Positions 25,250 through 36,849 of a DNA stretch of 64,000 nt are shown in pieces (the stretch's first letter is position 1; every line of letters starts with the position of its first letter). The notes under the pieces were generated by a model. That model was not told the DNA's origin, did no database searches, and saw nothing but the letters and a program-made list of their open reading frames with translations. The stretch is from Glaucostegus cemiculus (lineage: Eukaryota), in assembly GCA_976551045.1 (NCBI GenBank), contig CDPCPM010000001.1:2232001-2296000 (forward strand). Reading direction: 5' to 3'. The position numbers and the translations under genes are program-made.

Positions 25250-26410
25250 GAAAGAAAACGTGAAAATACTGCAGATACTGGAATTCTGCTTAATAACATA
25301 TCCTGGCGCCATTCAGCTCAGTCAGCGTCCGAGGAGGGAGGATCCGATTTTGGGTCCAAAGCCCTCTGCCAGAACCGGGAAAAATAATACAATATAAAGA
25401 GTCTGAGAATGTGGGGGAGGAAAAACAAAGGGAACATCCGTGCCAGCCTGAGATAAAGCGGCAGTTACGTCACACTTCTTCGCCTGTGTTATCTGTTGTA
25501 GCTGGATGGTGGGAGTTGCCCAATAGGCCATTCAATTGTAGTAAAGGCAAAAGACTGAGTCAAGTTCACAGATGGATGGCAGGAAGAAATGACCAGTTGT
25601 GCCGTAGTGAGAAAGGGTGAATTTCCAACAGTTGGAAGTCTATATCCAGTCCGTCTGTCTCAATATACCCAGATGATAGACAAAGTATGTTCTTCAATTT
25701 GTGTTTGGCTTCATTATAACAATGTGGAAAACCGCCGACAATTTGGACTGAGTGCAAGTGGGGTGGTGAATTTACATGGAAGGCATATGGAAGCTGAGGG
25801 CACTCCTGCAAACTGATTGCAGGGGAGCTGCACAGCGGGTCCACAATCTGCTTTCGGCTTCTCCGGTGTGAGTAGCTGCAGAGATCACCAAATGTTACAC
25901 ACTACTTTGAAAGTATAAGTGAATCGCTGCTTCACCTGGAAACATTGTTTGGGTCTCCGGATGGTGAGGTGGTGGTGGGGGAGGTAAAATATCATGTGTT
26001 GCTGGTGCATAGGAAAGTGATATAAGCGGATTGTTTAATGGGGAATGAAGAGCGTGCTGGGAAGATGAAGAGATCCAACCGTTTGCAATGCTGAAAGGCA
26101 AAAAGAGAATGAATGGGTGTCCTGTGCGAAATCCTGATGAAGTTGGCAGAAATTATGAAGGGTGATCCATTGAATACCATGCTCGTAGAGTGGAAGGTGA
26201 GTACGAGGGAACTTTTGCCTTTGGTATCCCAAGGGTGAGAGTGGGTGAAAGCAGAGGTGTGGGAAATAGATGAACTGTCTGCGCGGGATCTGTTCGCTTT
26301 AACAGACAGAGAGACACAGTTGAAGAAGAAAGACCTTTCAGAGGCATCTGTGCGAGTCTCTCTCCACGGATGCTGCCCGACTACATGAGTGTTCGGCATT
26401 CTCTGTTTCA
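25250..26410 (-). mobile_element. Degenerate Penelope-like element (GIY-YIG and 3' part)
   Basis: Minus strand reads SLVLTFHSTS... and HCYNEAKHKLKNILCLSSGYIETDGLDIDF, matching the PLE C-terminus. Confidence 0.7.
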
Positions 26411-27619
26411 GGTCACACGTGCATTGTGACCGAATGCAGCTGCCTCACACATTCATTGTCTCTAAATCATCAACGCTGACAAGACTCCAGCCACGATGTA
26501 ACAAACTATCCATCTGTGGGCAGTCATCGTTAAGAGGATCTGGAGACAGGCACATGGGGACCATGGCAGCTTTCCGCTGCACAAAGTTGCAAACGTTCTG
26601 ACGACAATCCAGCGGTTGCGTGTTCACCATAAATAACCTTGGCATTTGGCTGCATTTTAATTTTTTTACTTCGCTTTATATTCAGGCATTATAGTGGGAT
26701 TCGAACGTTTCACTGATCTGGATACACCAGGTCACTCCAGCCCTTATTACAGTTAAACTCTCCACCTCTCTGTTCCTTTAAGAAACCGTTTATCACTGAT
26801 TTGACCCACTCTCTCGTGCCCCCCAACTGCTGTGTCCAAGGACTGAAGCGTGCTTGGCAGTGAAAGTTACCTGTAGCTTTTTTTTGAAATTTCGTCTTGA
26901 TTCTTTTGCTGGGCATGTGTTCCGTTGGTCTGTCGGAAGATATTGTTAAACCGGTCCTCATCACAACGTCCTGTGACCGATCAAAGCACCTCAGGACCAT
27001 TCTGCTGCGAGTCTGATTCAGACACAAAATCTATCGACTGGATGTAGGGGCATATCCTGCTTTCAAAATATCAAGACGGTTATAATGACTTTATTGATTC
27101 AGTTCAAAGGAGATAGGTGGGCATTCACCCATCACACTTGTTATTGCTTCCAGCCACGGCTACGTTTCTTCCTACTTCCCTTCCCAGAGATGGTCCCACC
27201 TGTTGGAAGCCTCCTTTGTCCCGTCTCCGGATTCATAGAATATCCACTGAGGACCTGTGCTTGGTGATGGCACTGCTTATTCCCAAGAAAGTAGAAACCC
27301 ATCACTCTCACTCTCCTGTTACTGTTCAACCTGCGCATCAGCACCGGTCTGTTCTGGATGATCCTCTGCTTGCTGAGGAATCCCGTTCCTTAGTGAATCT
27401 CTGGAGTCTGTCGCAGTTTTAATGCTAATCCGCAATAACGGTGATGAATCAGACAGTAATTGTACCTCTTCCACATGTGTGTTACCTCCATAGATGTTAA
27501 CCGTCACCCATCTCTCTGTTCGGTCCATTCACAAATCTTTTGCGAATTGCTGTTCCTGAATTCAATCCGGATCCACAGTCAATGCAATATTTATAATTTA
27601 AAATAATCCTCTAACATAG

Positions 27620-27706
27620 CCGTGTCCTTTCCTGTTGAGCTCACTGGAAGTCCTCCCCTGCCCGCTCCTTCAGCCATTTTGCAGACAGGTGGCAGATTGT
27701 GGTGCT
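27620..27706 (-). pseudogene. NLR-A N-terminal (start-codon) exon, 87 bp
   Basis: ttacag|EHHNLPPVCKMAEGAGRGGLPVSSTGKDT; ATG at 27677; donor position reads CT rather than GT; homologous to 62857-62946 and 53150-53242. Confidence 0.7.
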
Positions 27707-28204
27707 CTGTAATAAACGCAGGATTAACAGGAGGGTCAGACACTAAATAACGTGAAAAGCGGAACTGTACTTGATGAACCGAGCCACACAATTCCAAATA
27801 AAGTGGGCCCATCCACTCTGGTCATGACACAGAGTGATCCATCTGCGCCCATGAAGCGCCAGTGACACAAAGCCCCAAACCGCATTATTCCTGGATTATA
27901 CCCGGTACATGTAATCTCAGAGGAATCTGATCGTCGCGCTATTCCCGCCAGGAACTAATTCTGTGGTCTGGACCGGGGTTACGGAGTAAAACCTGCTTGT
28001 GGGTCATGGGAACTGCAGGGCAGGTTGGAGCGAATGAGCAGATAACACCCACTGCTTCGGTCTTCCTGCTACCAGTAGCGCTGTGTTCAGCAATGGACGC
28101 CAGATCCAGCAGCGCAGGCTGACACCATTTTGTTGGCCATGAAACAACGATTCCTCTCATCACTGAGCTGTACAAATTACTCAGTCGCAACTGGTTCTTC
28201 ACAA

Positions 28205-29330
28205 CACTGGTGCAGATGTGATGTGCCGGGAGGGTGCTCGGTGGGATGCTCGAGTGGACAAGGGAGAGTGCGATCCCTGCGGAAGGCAAAAGGGAGGAGG
28301 AGAAGATGTGCTCGGTGACGGGATCCCGTTATAGATGGCGGAAGCAGCGGAGAATGATTGTGTTTGATGCGAAGGCTTGTGAAGTGATCGGTGAGGTCAA
28401 GGGAACCCTGTCCCTGTGATGTCAGGGGGAGGATTAGTTTACGGCAGACGTGGGGAAATGGAGGGAATGTGGGTGAGGGCTGCATTCATGGTGGTAGTAG
28501 GGAAAACCTATTTACTCAAAAAGGAGGATGCACTTTTCTCTATAACCGCACTGAGTGATACACCTGTCCCTACATCTCCCCCCTCACCAGCACTCAGGAC
28601 AAAAGACAGCCCTCACAGGTGAGGCAGAGCTTCACTTGCGAATCCATCAGTGTAATTTACTGCAGCCGATGCGGACCCGCTGCTTTGGTGAGACCCGACA
28701 CAGATTGGGTGACAGCTTCTTCGAGCACCTTCCCTCTGTCCGAGGACTATCCGGAGGCCAGCCACTTCAAATCTACATCCCACTCCCACACTGACCTGTC
28801 TGTCCATGGCCTACTCTACTGCCACGTTGAGGGCAGACGCAGATTGGAGGAACATCACCTCACGGTCGGTCTTGGGAGTCTCCAGCCTGATGACCTCAAC
28901 ATCGATTTCTCAAACATCCCCTAACCATTCCGCCCGCTCCTTTTGTTCTTCCCTTCCCCCCTCATTTCTTTTCCCTCAGCCCTGTGGACCCTCCACTTCT
29001 CTGTCCCCTTCCCCGGCCCTTGTATCCTGCTCACCCATTCCTTCCCTTTATTCCATGGTCCACTGACCACTACCGTCGGATTCTTCAGCCCTTCACCTCT
29101 TCTACATATCATATCTCAGCTTCTTACCTCTTCCCCTTCCCACACGCCTCCCTACCCCCTCTACCCTCACCTGTTTGCGTGTGATCCTCCCCCTCCCCTG
29201 ACCTTCTTATCCTGGATTCTGCCCTCTTCCCTTCCAGTCCCGATTAAGGGTCTCGACCCGAAACGTCGACTATCTCCCTCCAGAGATGCTTCCATAGCAG
29301 TTGAATTTCTCCAGTATTGTGTGTGTTGTT
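28205..29330 (+). mobile_element. Penelope-like element with inverted 5' segment (28205-28535 minus; ~28555-29330 plus)
   Basis: Plus part reads RQSFTCESISVIYCSRCG...ASHFKSTSHSHTDLSVHGLLYC..RRLEEHHL..LGSLQPDDLNIDFSN (GIY-YIG region); minus part reads AFRRDRTL..PPGT. Confidence 0.85.
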
Positions 29331-31706
29331 GTTGATTAAAATTCAGTTCCCATTAATAACCATGAACCAAACCACAGCTTTATCAATCGATACTCCCGTG
29401 CCCTGTTCCCTGATTCAGGGTGTGTTCTCAATCACGGGCTGTCTCGTGTAATTCCGTTTGTTGGAACACACTGCCCCGTTTCCTCGCCTTGGTTACCTCG
29501 GTGCCTGGTAGCAGTGATTACCCTTCCCTCATCTCTCCTAGCTGCGTTTCAAGAGCTGTGGCACGATGTGATACTCCGCCTCAGTTTAATAACGTTGCTT
29601 ACCACATAACTCGTTTACTGCCCAACAATAAACACCAGAGGGAGAGCGGCAGAGTTCATTCTAATGTCTTCGGCCTCCAGGATCCAATGAAAAACCGCAG
29701 TTGGTGCAGTGAATGCGGACTATTTGACATCATCTTTTCTCTTTCACACTGCCTGTTGCTATCCCCAGATCCTGTCTGTACACATTCAGATTGTAGCTGC
29801 GTTAATCGAGGCATCAAGCCTTCTATCTAGCAAGTCTAATCCCAGAGTCTTCACTGGATTATTGCAGTTAAGAAGTACCCAGTATCTGCAAAATAAAAGA
29901 ACTGTTCTTCCAGATCCATTAACCTACGCAATTTAACGACAATATTGATCTGCTGGACATACCAGAAATACTGCCGTGACTGGTGTACTCATTAAAATGC
30001 TCCAATGTTGCCCTGAGCTTGTCTGAGCTGCTCCTGATTCTGTTTCCAGCGAATCCGAGCACCTGAATTTTATGAGTGCCAACAGTAAGTGAACACATTC
30101 TGGGAAAGGTTCAGTTGATAACACGCTCACAAACCTGGACTTCAGCCTCATCCGCACATACATCCACGCCCTGTTCCCTGACGCTTGTACTGAAACACTC
30201 AAAGCCGCATTCAAGCAAATAGTTCTGTCATGTTGTCCGATCCAGAATTACTGTTTCAGCGCACGGTGACAATGATTACGGTTCCCTCGATACTTCTGCT
30301 TGTTCCAGAGAGCAGGCACCACCCACGTCCTGGTTCGGGAATGTGGTGCCGTCGCTTTGATTTATTGCTCACCTTGGAACTAGTTTATTGCCAGTTTCAG
30401 CTGAGAACATAGATCACTGTGGGTTCATTGGACAGACGCAGCAGGACACGGGCATTGTGAACTCTGGTGACAAGTTATGCATTTGGAATAATCTTCTGTT
30501 TTGAGCACTGGACATTTGTGTCTCCAGATTTACCTTTGCTCCCGCTGTTTGGGGCTGCTATGATCTCCGTATCAAACATTTAAAAAGCCAGCTCAACAGT
30601 TTTCCTTAATTTGACCACTACTGCAACGGGCAATGCAACAACTGTGCCGAAATCAGCATCTCCTGGAGATAACCACATCTAAAGTCCACAGAAAGATAAG
30701 AATATCCTTCAGCTTCTGTTATGTGTTCACTTACTGAAGTGTTACCACGTCACTTCAGCAGTCAAGTACATTTACGACCATTGACTTACTTCCCGTTGGT
30801 ATATTTCACTGACATCACATTTATTTTACAGATCCATCAACCGTTTCTCGTCAGTGAGTGATAGAAAAACTCTGAACATAACATTCACTGGCACGCCTTT
30901 TGTCAGAAGTTGCTGCTGGCAGATTGAATTAGGAGCAGGACATTCCGCCCCTGAATTCTGCTCCACCACTCACTGTGGTCTTGACTGATCTGTCTCTGAT
31001 CTCAGCGCCTTAATCCTGCGACCGCCTGCAAAACCTCACTTCCTTTCATATCCGGCACTGTCAAATGAAACATAATGAATAAACTTTGCTTCTCCGTTCC
31101 TTTAAGGAAGAGAATTCCAGAAACTTACTGGTCCCACACTGAAAGAAACGTCACGTCTATCTTCTGTTTTAGTTTCTCCCACAGCAGCAAACGTCTTCTC
31201 CACATCCCTGTCAACATTCTGCATGATCGTTTATGTTTCTACCAAGTGATTAACTCATTCTATTTCATTCTATTCAACTCCAGCGGAGGCAATCAAGCCA
31301 GACTCCCCCCCCCACCCCACATTCATCTAACCTCCGGCGGAAGCAGTCAATTTCCCCTCATTCATCCAACACCAGCGCAGAAAATCAAATTGCCACCAAT
31401 TCTTCTGATTCAGCGAAAAGCAGCCAAGGTTGACACACATTTCCTCAGAGACAACTCGCACAGTCCATGTATATCTCTACAAAACTACTTTGAATTACTA
31501 CCGACACATTCACATTCGTCCTGACACAGGAAAACGAAACTGCATGCAGTGATCTACAACAGGTCACACCAACAGCCCAGATACTAGAACCATCACGTCC
31601 CTCCGTTCACCCACTCTGTAAACGGCAACGTGGGGAGTTTTCCTCATTACATCCTGCACCTTGCAATGAAGGTTAATCGGGCATGGGCAGATAGCGTCGA
31701 TAGAGT

Positions 31707-31937
31707 GGGGCGGCACGGTGGCGGAGAGGTTAGCGCGAGGGTATTACAGCGCCAGCGATCGGGGTTCGATTCCTGTCGCTGTCTGTAAGGAGATAGTATG
31801 TTCTCCCCCTGCGTGGGTTTCCTCCGGGTGCTCCGGTTTCCTCCCACATTCCAAGAACGTACGTGTATGTTAATTTGGGTATAAAATGGGTGGCATAGAT
31901 TTCTTGGGCCAGAAGGGCCTGTTCCCACACTGTAAAT
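31707..31937 (+). mobile_element. HE1-like V-SINE, near complete
   Basis: tRNA-like head with GGTTCGATTCC B box, V core GGGTTTCCTCCGGGTGCTCCGGTTTCCTCCCACA and CR1-type tail TTGGGCCAGAAGGGCCTGTT. Confidence 0.9.
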
Positions 31938-32880
31938 CTCGCCAGCAAGAGAAGAAATAAAGCGAAGCCTCGGTACGCCCCGACCGGGATCAGTGAACCC
32001 CAGAGTGTGAAAGGGTCAGCGTGCTGCTGCTGGAAGCACTGGGGTGGGTACGGCTCGGGGCTGCGGGCAGCACCCAGCCCCTCAGCTTTTGTCTTTGAAT
32101 TGTAACTGGACAGAACGCGCCACATCTTCAATAACACCTCCACCAGCACAAGGTTCCCGCGGGAGCTGGCCAGAAATTTTTCTACAATGAGCTGGATAAA
32201 ATCTTTAATTCTCTCAAGAGCGCGTTTGTTACATATCCACTATTCAATAATCTAACGATGTCTCAATCAATGAGCTTATAAAGTATGACATCCGTTTCCA
32301 TGTTAAATCTCTAAAGATTTTGTGCAAGTATATCGTGGGTCCGACCTTATGTCGAGGCTCCAGACTCTGTGCCCAGCAAGTCCCGATGATTCTGCGTCCT
32401 GGGTTCTGCAGGGCAATGAACACAACCCGGTTATAGGTCAGTTCCTGGTGATAATCATTAACTAAACCCACAGCTTCATCAGTTGATGACTCCCCGTTAT
32501 TTTCCTTGCTCGAGGCTGCTTCTGAATCACACGATGTTCTGCGGAGCAGAACTGCGATAACAAATTAGTGTATTCCTGCTGTTTCTTGGTGACAGCAACA
32601 GTGATCCCATTAACACTTCCCTCTGCGCTTCAGCACAAACTCCGTGACCTGCAGCCCGAGGTGACTCCCTGCCGCCCGAGCGGTTATACTGGTCACTGTC
32701 TCTGAGTCAACATTATTGATACTCTCTTTCATGGAGAAAAAAAAAAACTGGAAGTTGCAGGCGGGTGCGTTTTCCATCAGCGGTTGGGAAATTGTGGGTT
32801 CAGATCCTGACGGACAGGACCCACCGGGGCAACACAGATATTGGGAACAGTGTGCAGGGCGGTGCGGGGGAGGGCACCTC

Positions 32881-33142
32881 ATCATTGAGCTGTGTCAGGA
32901 GCGGGCGGTGATGACTGATGGGGGGCAGGCCGTGAATGGTCCACACATGATGGAGCTGTGTCAGGAGCGGGCGGTGATGACCGATGGGGTCGGGCAGTGG
33001 ACGGTCACACATGACGGAGCTGTGTCAGGAAGGGGTGGTGGTGACTGATGGGGGTCGGGCAGTGGACGGTCCACACATGATGGAACTGTGTCAAGAGGCG
33101 ACGGTGATGACTGATGGGGGCGGGCAGTGGAAGGTCCAAACA
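32881..33142. repeat. ~65-bp tandem repeat x4
   Basis: ATGATGGAGCTGTGTCAGGAGCGGGCGGTGATGACTGATGGGG...CCACAC at 32881, 32947, 33011 and 33077. Confidence 0.9.
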
Positions 33143-34706
33143 TGGGGTTTCGTGAAGCTGTCAACAAGGTCCCTTCATGCTGTGATGATCGATACTATTG
33201 AGGTGGCGGCTTGCGAGGGCAATAAGGAGGGAGACAGGACTGCGGAAAACCCTCCCTCGGAGCACGGCATGGAGCGTGTGTGACTTCAAATCTGTGGGAG
33301 CGGCGAGGGCGGGTTCAGGGGAGCTCTGGAGGGACGGGACCTGTCCTTGACTAACAGGAACAGGGGAGGCTGTATCGACCCGGAACCGCCCCTGCCCAGC
33401 TCCCCGAGTGCTGCAGCTACCGTGGCCCCGGAGTCAGAGGTTCAATTCCAACCCCAGGCCTGACAAAATAATTCATAAACAATGATGGATATAAACATGC
33501 ATATGAATGTAAAAGTAAATGTTTTCTGTTCAGCTATTTACAGACTGATTCAAAGGCCATATGAAGGCAAATATGAATTTTTGAAATAGGCAGGATACGA
33601 ATAAGCAGCCGAGTCCACTTGGCCCCTTGAGACTTGTTCACAAGAGCACGGCTGATCTGAGAATAACTTCCATTCCCCCGTAACACTTCTCCCGTTGCTT
33701 GTCAAGCATATGTACAGTTCTGCCATTAACACAATCCAGTAATGCACCAGCCTTTGAGGAAATGAGTTCCAAACAACACCGATCAACGAAGAGAAAAAAA
33801 ACATCGATTGATGTCGGAAATAGAAACATGTAGACGGAGACCGAGTGGACATTTACAGATCTTCGCGTCCTTGCTTTAATACAGAGATCGGCAGATCCAG
33901 ATTGCCCCAAAGAGGTACCACCCTCTCCTTATCCTCCTTACCCCTGCTGTGCTCACTGAGGGCTGGACAGTGGACTCACTGTGTGCTCCCTCTCCAGGGA
34001 CAAACGCATTGCTTCACAGGCGGGGTGGGATGGGTCGGGAGAAATAGCCTCCTGCACTGTTACAGCAGTGAGCCCGACGGAATATCACCTGCGTTTCTGT
34101 CCAGGTAGGTTACCGGCTGCAGGACTAAATATCGGATTCTAAAACAGTAGGGTGCTTGCTTTCTCTTAAAATAAAAAAAAAACAAAAATCACGGTATTGT
34201 CAGCCGGTCGGGCAGCGTGTGTGGAGGGAGATGCAGGGGGAGTGTTTCATGTGTAAAATAAAAGAGAGGAAATGCTGGAAATCCCGAGCAAGGATTCTCA
34301 TTGCACCCCGGCGGATAAGACAATAAACTAATCTGATCGGACATTACCGCTGTTTACAGTCAGACAGCTGTACAGCACGGAAAAAGGACCTTCGGCCCAA
34401 ATTGTCCATCCTGACACATCTGCCTACCTGACCTCTCATCATATTCGCCTGCATTTGCGCCATATCCTTCTCAAACTTTGTTATCCATGTTCCTCTCCAG
34501 ATATCTTTCAAGCGCTGTGAACGTGCCCGCCACTGCGACCGACCCAGGCAGACTTTCCGTGGACCCACTCCCTCTGTGTGGAAAACATGCGCCTCAGGTC
34601 ACTTTGAAATCTTTACACTTTTAGCTGAAAACTTTGTCCTCCAGTTGTCGACTCCCCAGCCTGGGGACAGACACTGTGACCCTCCACCATATCTGTGTCC
34701 CTCATG

Positions 34707-35614
34707 GGGCCGGCACTGTCGGCTCCGACGGCTCGTCGGAGCTCGTCGGAGGCGGCAGCGTCTTGAAGGCCCGGGAGCCTCGTGGTGGCGTCGGGATGCG
34801 GGCGGTGAGGGGGCTGCTCGGGCCGGAGGTGGTCGGCCTGCGGAGTCGGAATTCGGGTCGGAGGTCGTCGGACTGCGAGGCTGGAATTCGGGTCGGAGGT
34901 GGTCGGCCTGCGGAGTCGGAATTCGGGTCGGAGGTCGTCGGACTGCGAGGCCGGAATTCGGGTCGGAGGTCGTCGGACTGCGAGGCCGGAGTTCGGGGCC
35001 GGAGGTCGTCGGAATGCGAGGCCGGAATTCGGGTCCGGAGGTCGTCGGACTGCGGAGTCGGAGGCGAAGGTGCCGGAGGTGGTCGGACTGTGGGCCGGTT
35101 GTGGTCGGACTGTGGGCCGGAGGTGGTCGGACTGTGGGCCGGAGGTGGTCGGACTGTGGGCTGGAGGTGGTGCCGGAGGCGAAGGAGCCGGAGGTGGTCG
35201 GACTGTGGGCCGGAGGTGGTCGGACTGTGGGCCGGGGGTTGTTGATGGTCTGTGGGCCCTGAGGTTGTAGGACTGGGGGGGTTGGAGGTGGTCGTCGGTG
35301 CGGGGTGAGGCAGGGGGGCTGTTAATGTTTTGATGTTTTTGTCCAGGTGTCCTTTGTTGTCTTTGATGTCTTTTGCACATGTATACGTGTAAGTGAAAAT
35401 CGATAAATCGATCCTGAATTTAAGTTCAATCCCCTTAGCTTTTAAGGTGTAATGATCTATACTATGTATTCTGCCAAGTGTGTATGTGTCTCTGTTGGTT
35501 GTTATGTCATTTTTTTGTATGGGACGAGACCATGAGGAGGACGGTATATCGCTCCTCTGCATACTTTGTATGTATGTGGTTGTGACAATAAAACTGATTC
35601 TGATTCTGATTCTG
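34707..35614 (+). mobile_element. Composite non-autonomous retroelement: GC-rich VNTR + Rex1/Babar-type 3' tail
   Basis: 35-bp then 22-bp repeat units at 34825-35270; the last ~100 bp closely match the Rex1 3' end at ~57195-57292; ends AATAAAACT(GATTCT)n. Confidence 0.75.
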
Positions 35615-35659
35615 ATAAACCTTTATCACGTCACACTTCAAGTTGTCTTTGCTCCAGTA

Positions 35660-36400
35660 GGTTGGTAAATTGGTTTATTATTGTCACAGGAACCGAAAGA
35701 CAGTGACAAACTTTGTTTTGCAATCCATCCACACAGTTTATTCCATCACGTTAGGTCACCGAGGCAGTACCAAGGAAAACAATAACAGAATGCAGAATAA
35801 AGTGTTACCGTTTCCGAGAAAGTGCAGCGCGCGCAGACAATAAGGTGCAAGGCCTTAATAAAGGAGATTGTGAGGTCGAGTCCATCCTTTCGTACAAGGG
35901 GGCTATTCAATCGACTGATACCGGCTGGATCGAAGATGGTCTTGAGCTTGGCGGTACGTGCTTTCAGGCTTTTGTATCTTCTGCCGGACGAGAGGGAAGA
36001 GAAGAGAGAATTTCTGCGGTGACAGTGGTCTGTGATTATGTTGGCTGCTTCACCGTGGCAGCGAGATGTGTAGACAGGATTTTATGGAGTGGACTCCAGT
36101 TTTCGTTATGTGCTCAGCTGCGTCAACAGCTCTCTGCAGTTTCTTGTGGGCACGGGCAGATCAGTTGCTGTGCCAAGCCGCGATGCATCCAGAGAGGATG
36201 CTTTCTATGGTGAATCTCTGAAGCCAACATGACAGATTTCGTCACCCTCCTGAGCAAGCAGAGGGGCCGCTGAGCTTTTCTGGCCGTGGTTGGGCACGCA
36301 CTGGCTATTGATGATGTTCACTGCTCGGAAGTTGAAGCTCTCATCCTTCTCGGCCTCAGCGCCATAGATGCGAACAGGAGAGTGTTAACGATCCCAGCCT
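35660..36400 (-). mobile_element. Rex1/Babar-like LINE 3' fragment
   Basis: Minus strand reads PSGRRYKSLKARTAKLKTIFDPAGISRLN; GACAATAATAAACCAAT tail near 35670. Confidence 0.75.
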
Positions 36401-36849
36401 CTCCTGATAACGCGAGCTCTCCAGTCCCGGCAAAATCCCCTTGTATCTTTCCTGCACACTCTCCGGCTAACCACACCCCTTCAGTGGCTGGGCGACCAGA
36501 AATGCACACAACACTTCAAGTCCGGCCTCACCGACGTCTTGTACAGCTGTAACACGATGCCACAACTCTTGCCCGAACTAATGAAGGGCAGCACGCCATG
36601 TATCCAGCAGCTCCTGTTTCCATTTCAGACCTGCAACGTCTTCAACACCGGTTCAATTGCATTCACAGGGGAAGAAAATCCGGATTTGTGGAAGCTGCTC
36701 CGACTGCATCCTGAGCAGGTTTGTCTGCGTGCGTGTTGGGTCCCAGCATGACTGGAAAACACCCTGATGCACGAACACAGTTCACGCCAGGTTTGACACT
36801 CTAATCACCAGTCAGTCGCCCTGTCAAGGCTCACAGAGTTTTGGCTCCA

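Larger units (their letters stand above)
14174..27706 (-). pseudogene. NLR-A: death-fold/CARD-like + FISNA-like + NACHT + LRR NOD-like receptor pseudogene
   Basis: Exons at 27620-27706, 22798-22964, 21691-21862, 21526-21591, 16212-17944, 14762-14849, 14441-14608 and 14174-14267. Lesions: in-frame TAG at 17478-17480, frameshift near 16770, +1 nt in the 88-bp exon, non-canonical splice sites. Confidence 0.9.
34365..36600 (-). mobile_element. CR1 3' fragment split by two nested insertions
   Basis: CR1 sequence at 34365-34706 resumes at ~35615-35658 and again at ~36410-36600. Confidence 0.7.

Noticed and set aside
26870-27560. Additional NLR-A exons with AG/GT-like boundaries
   Set aside because: Candidates contain stops in the required phase, and part of the region aligns to intron sequence of NLR-B; insufficient support.
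29385-30210. Repeated GCCCTGTTCCCTGA motif ~770 bp apart as LTR pair or TSD
   Set aside because: Similarity is short and weak, with no TG..CA ends or internal retroelement features.
34576-35562. 200-290 aa repetitive ORFs on both strands
   Set aside because: GC-rich VNTR open in most frames; no coding signature.
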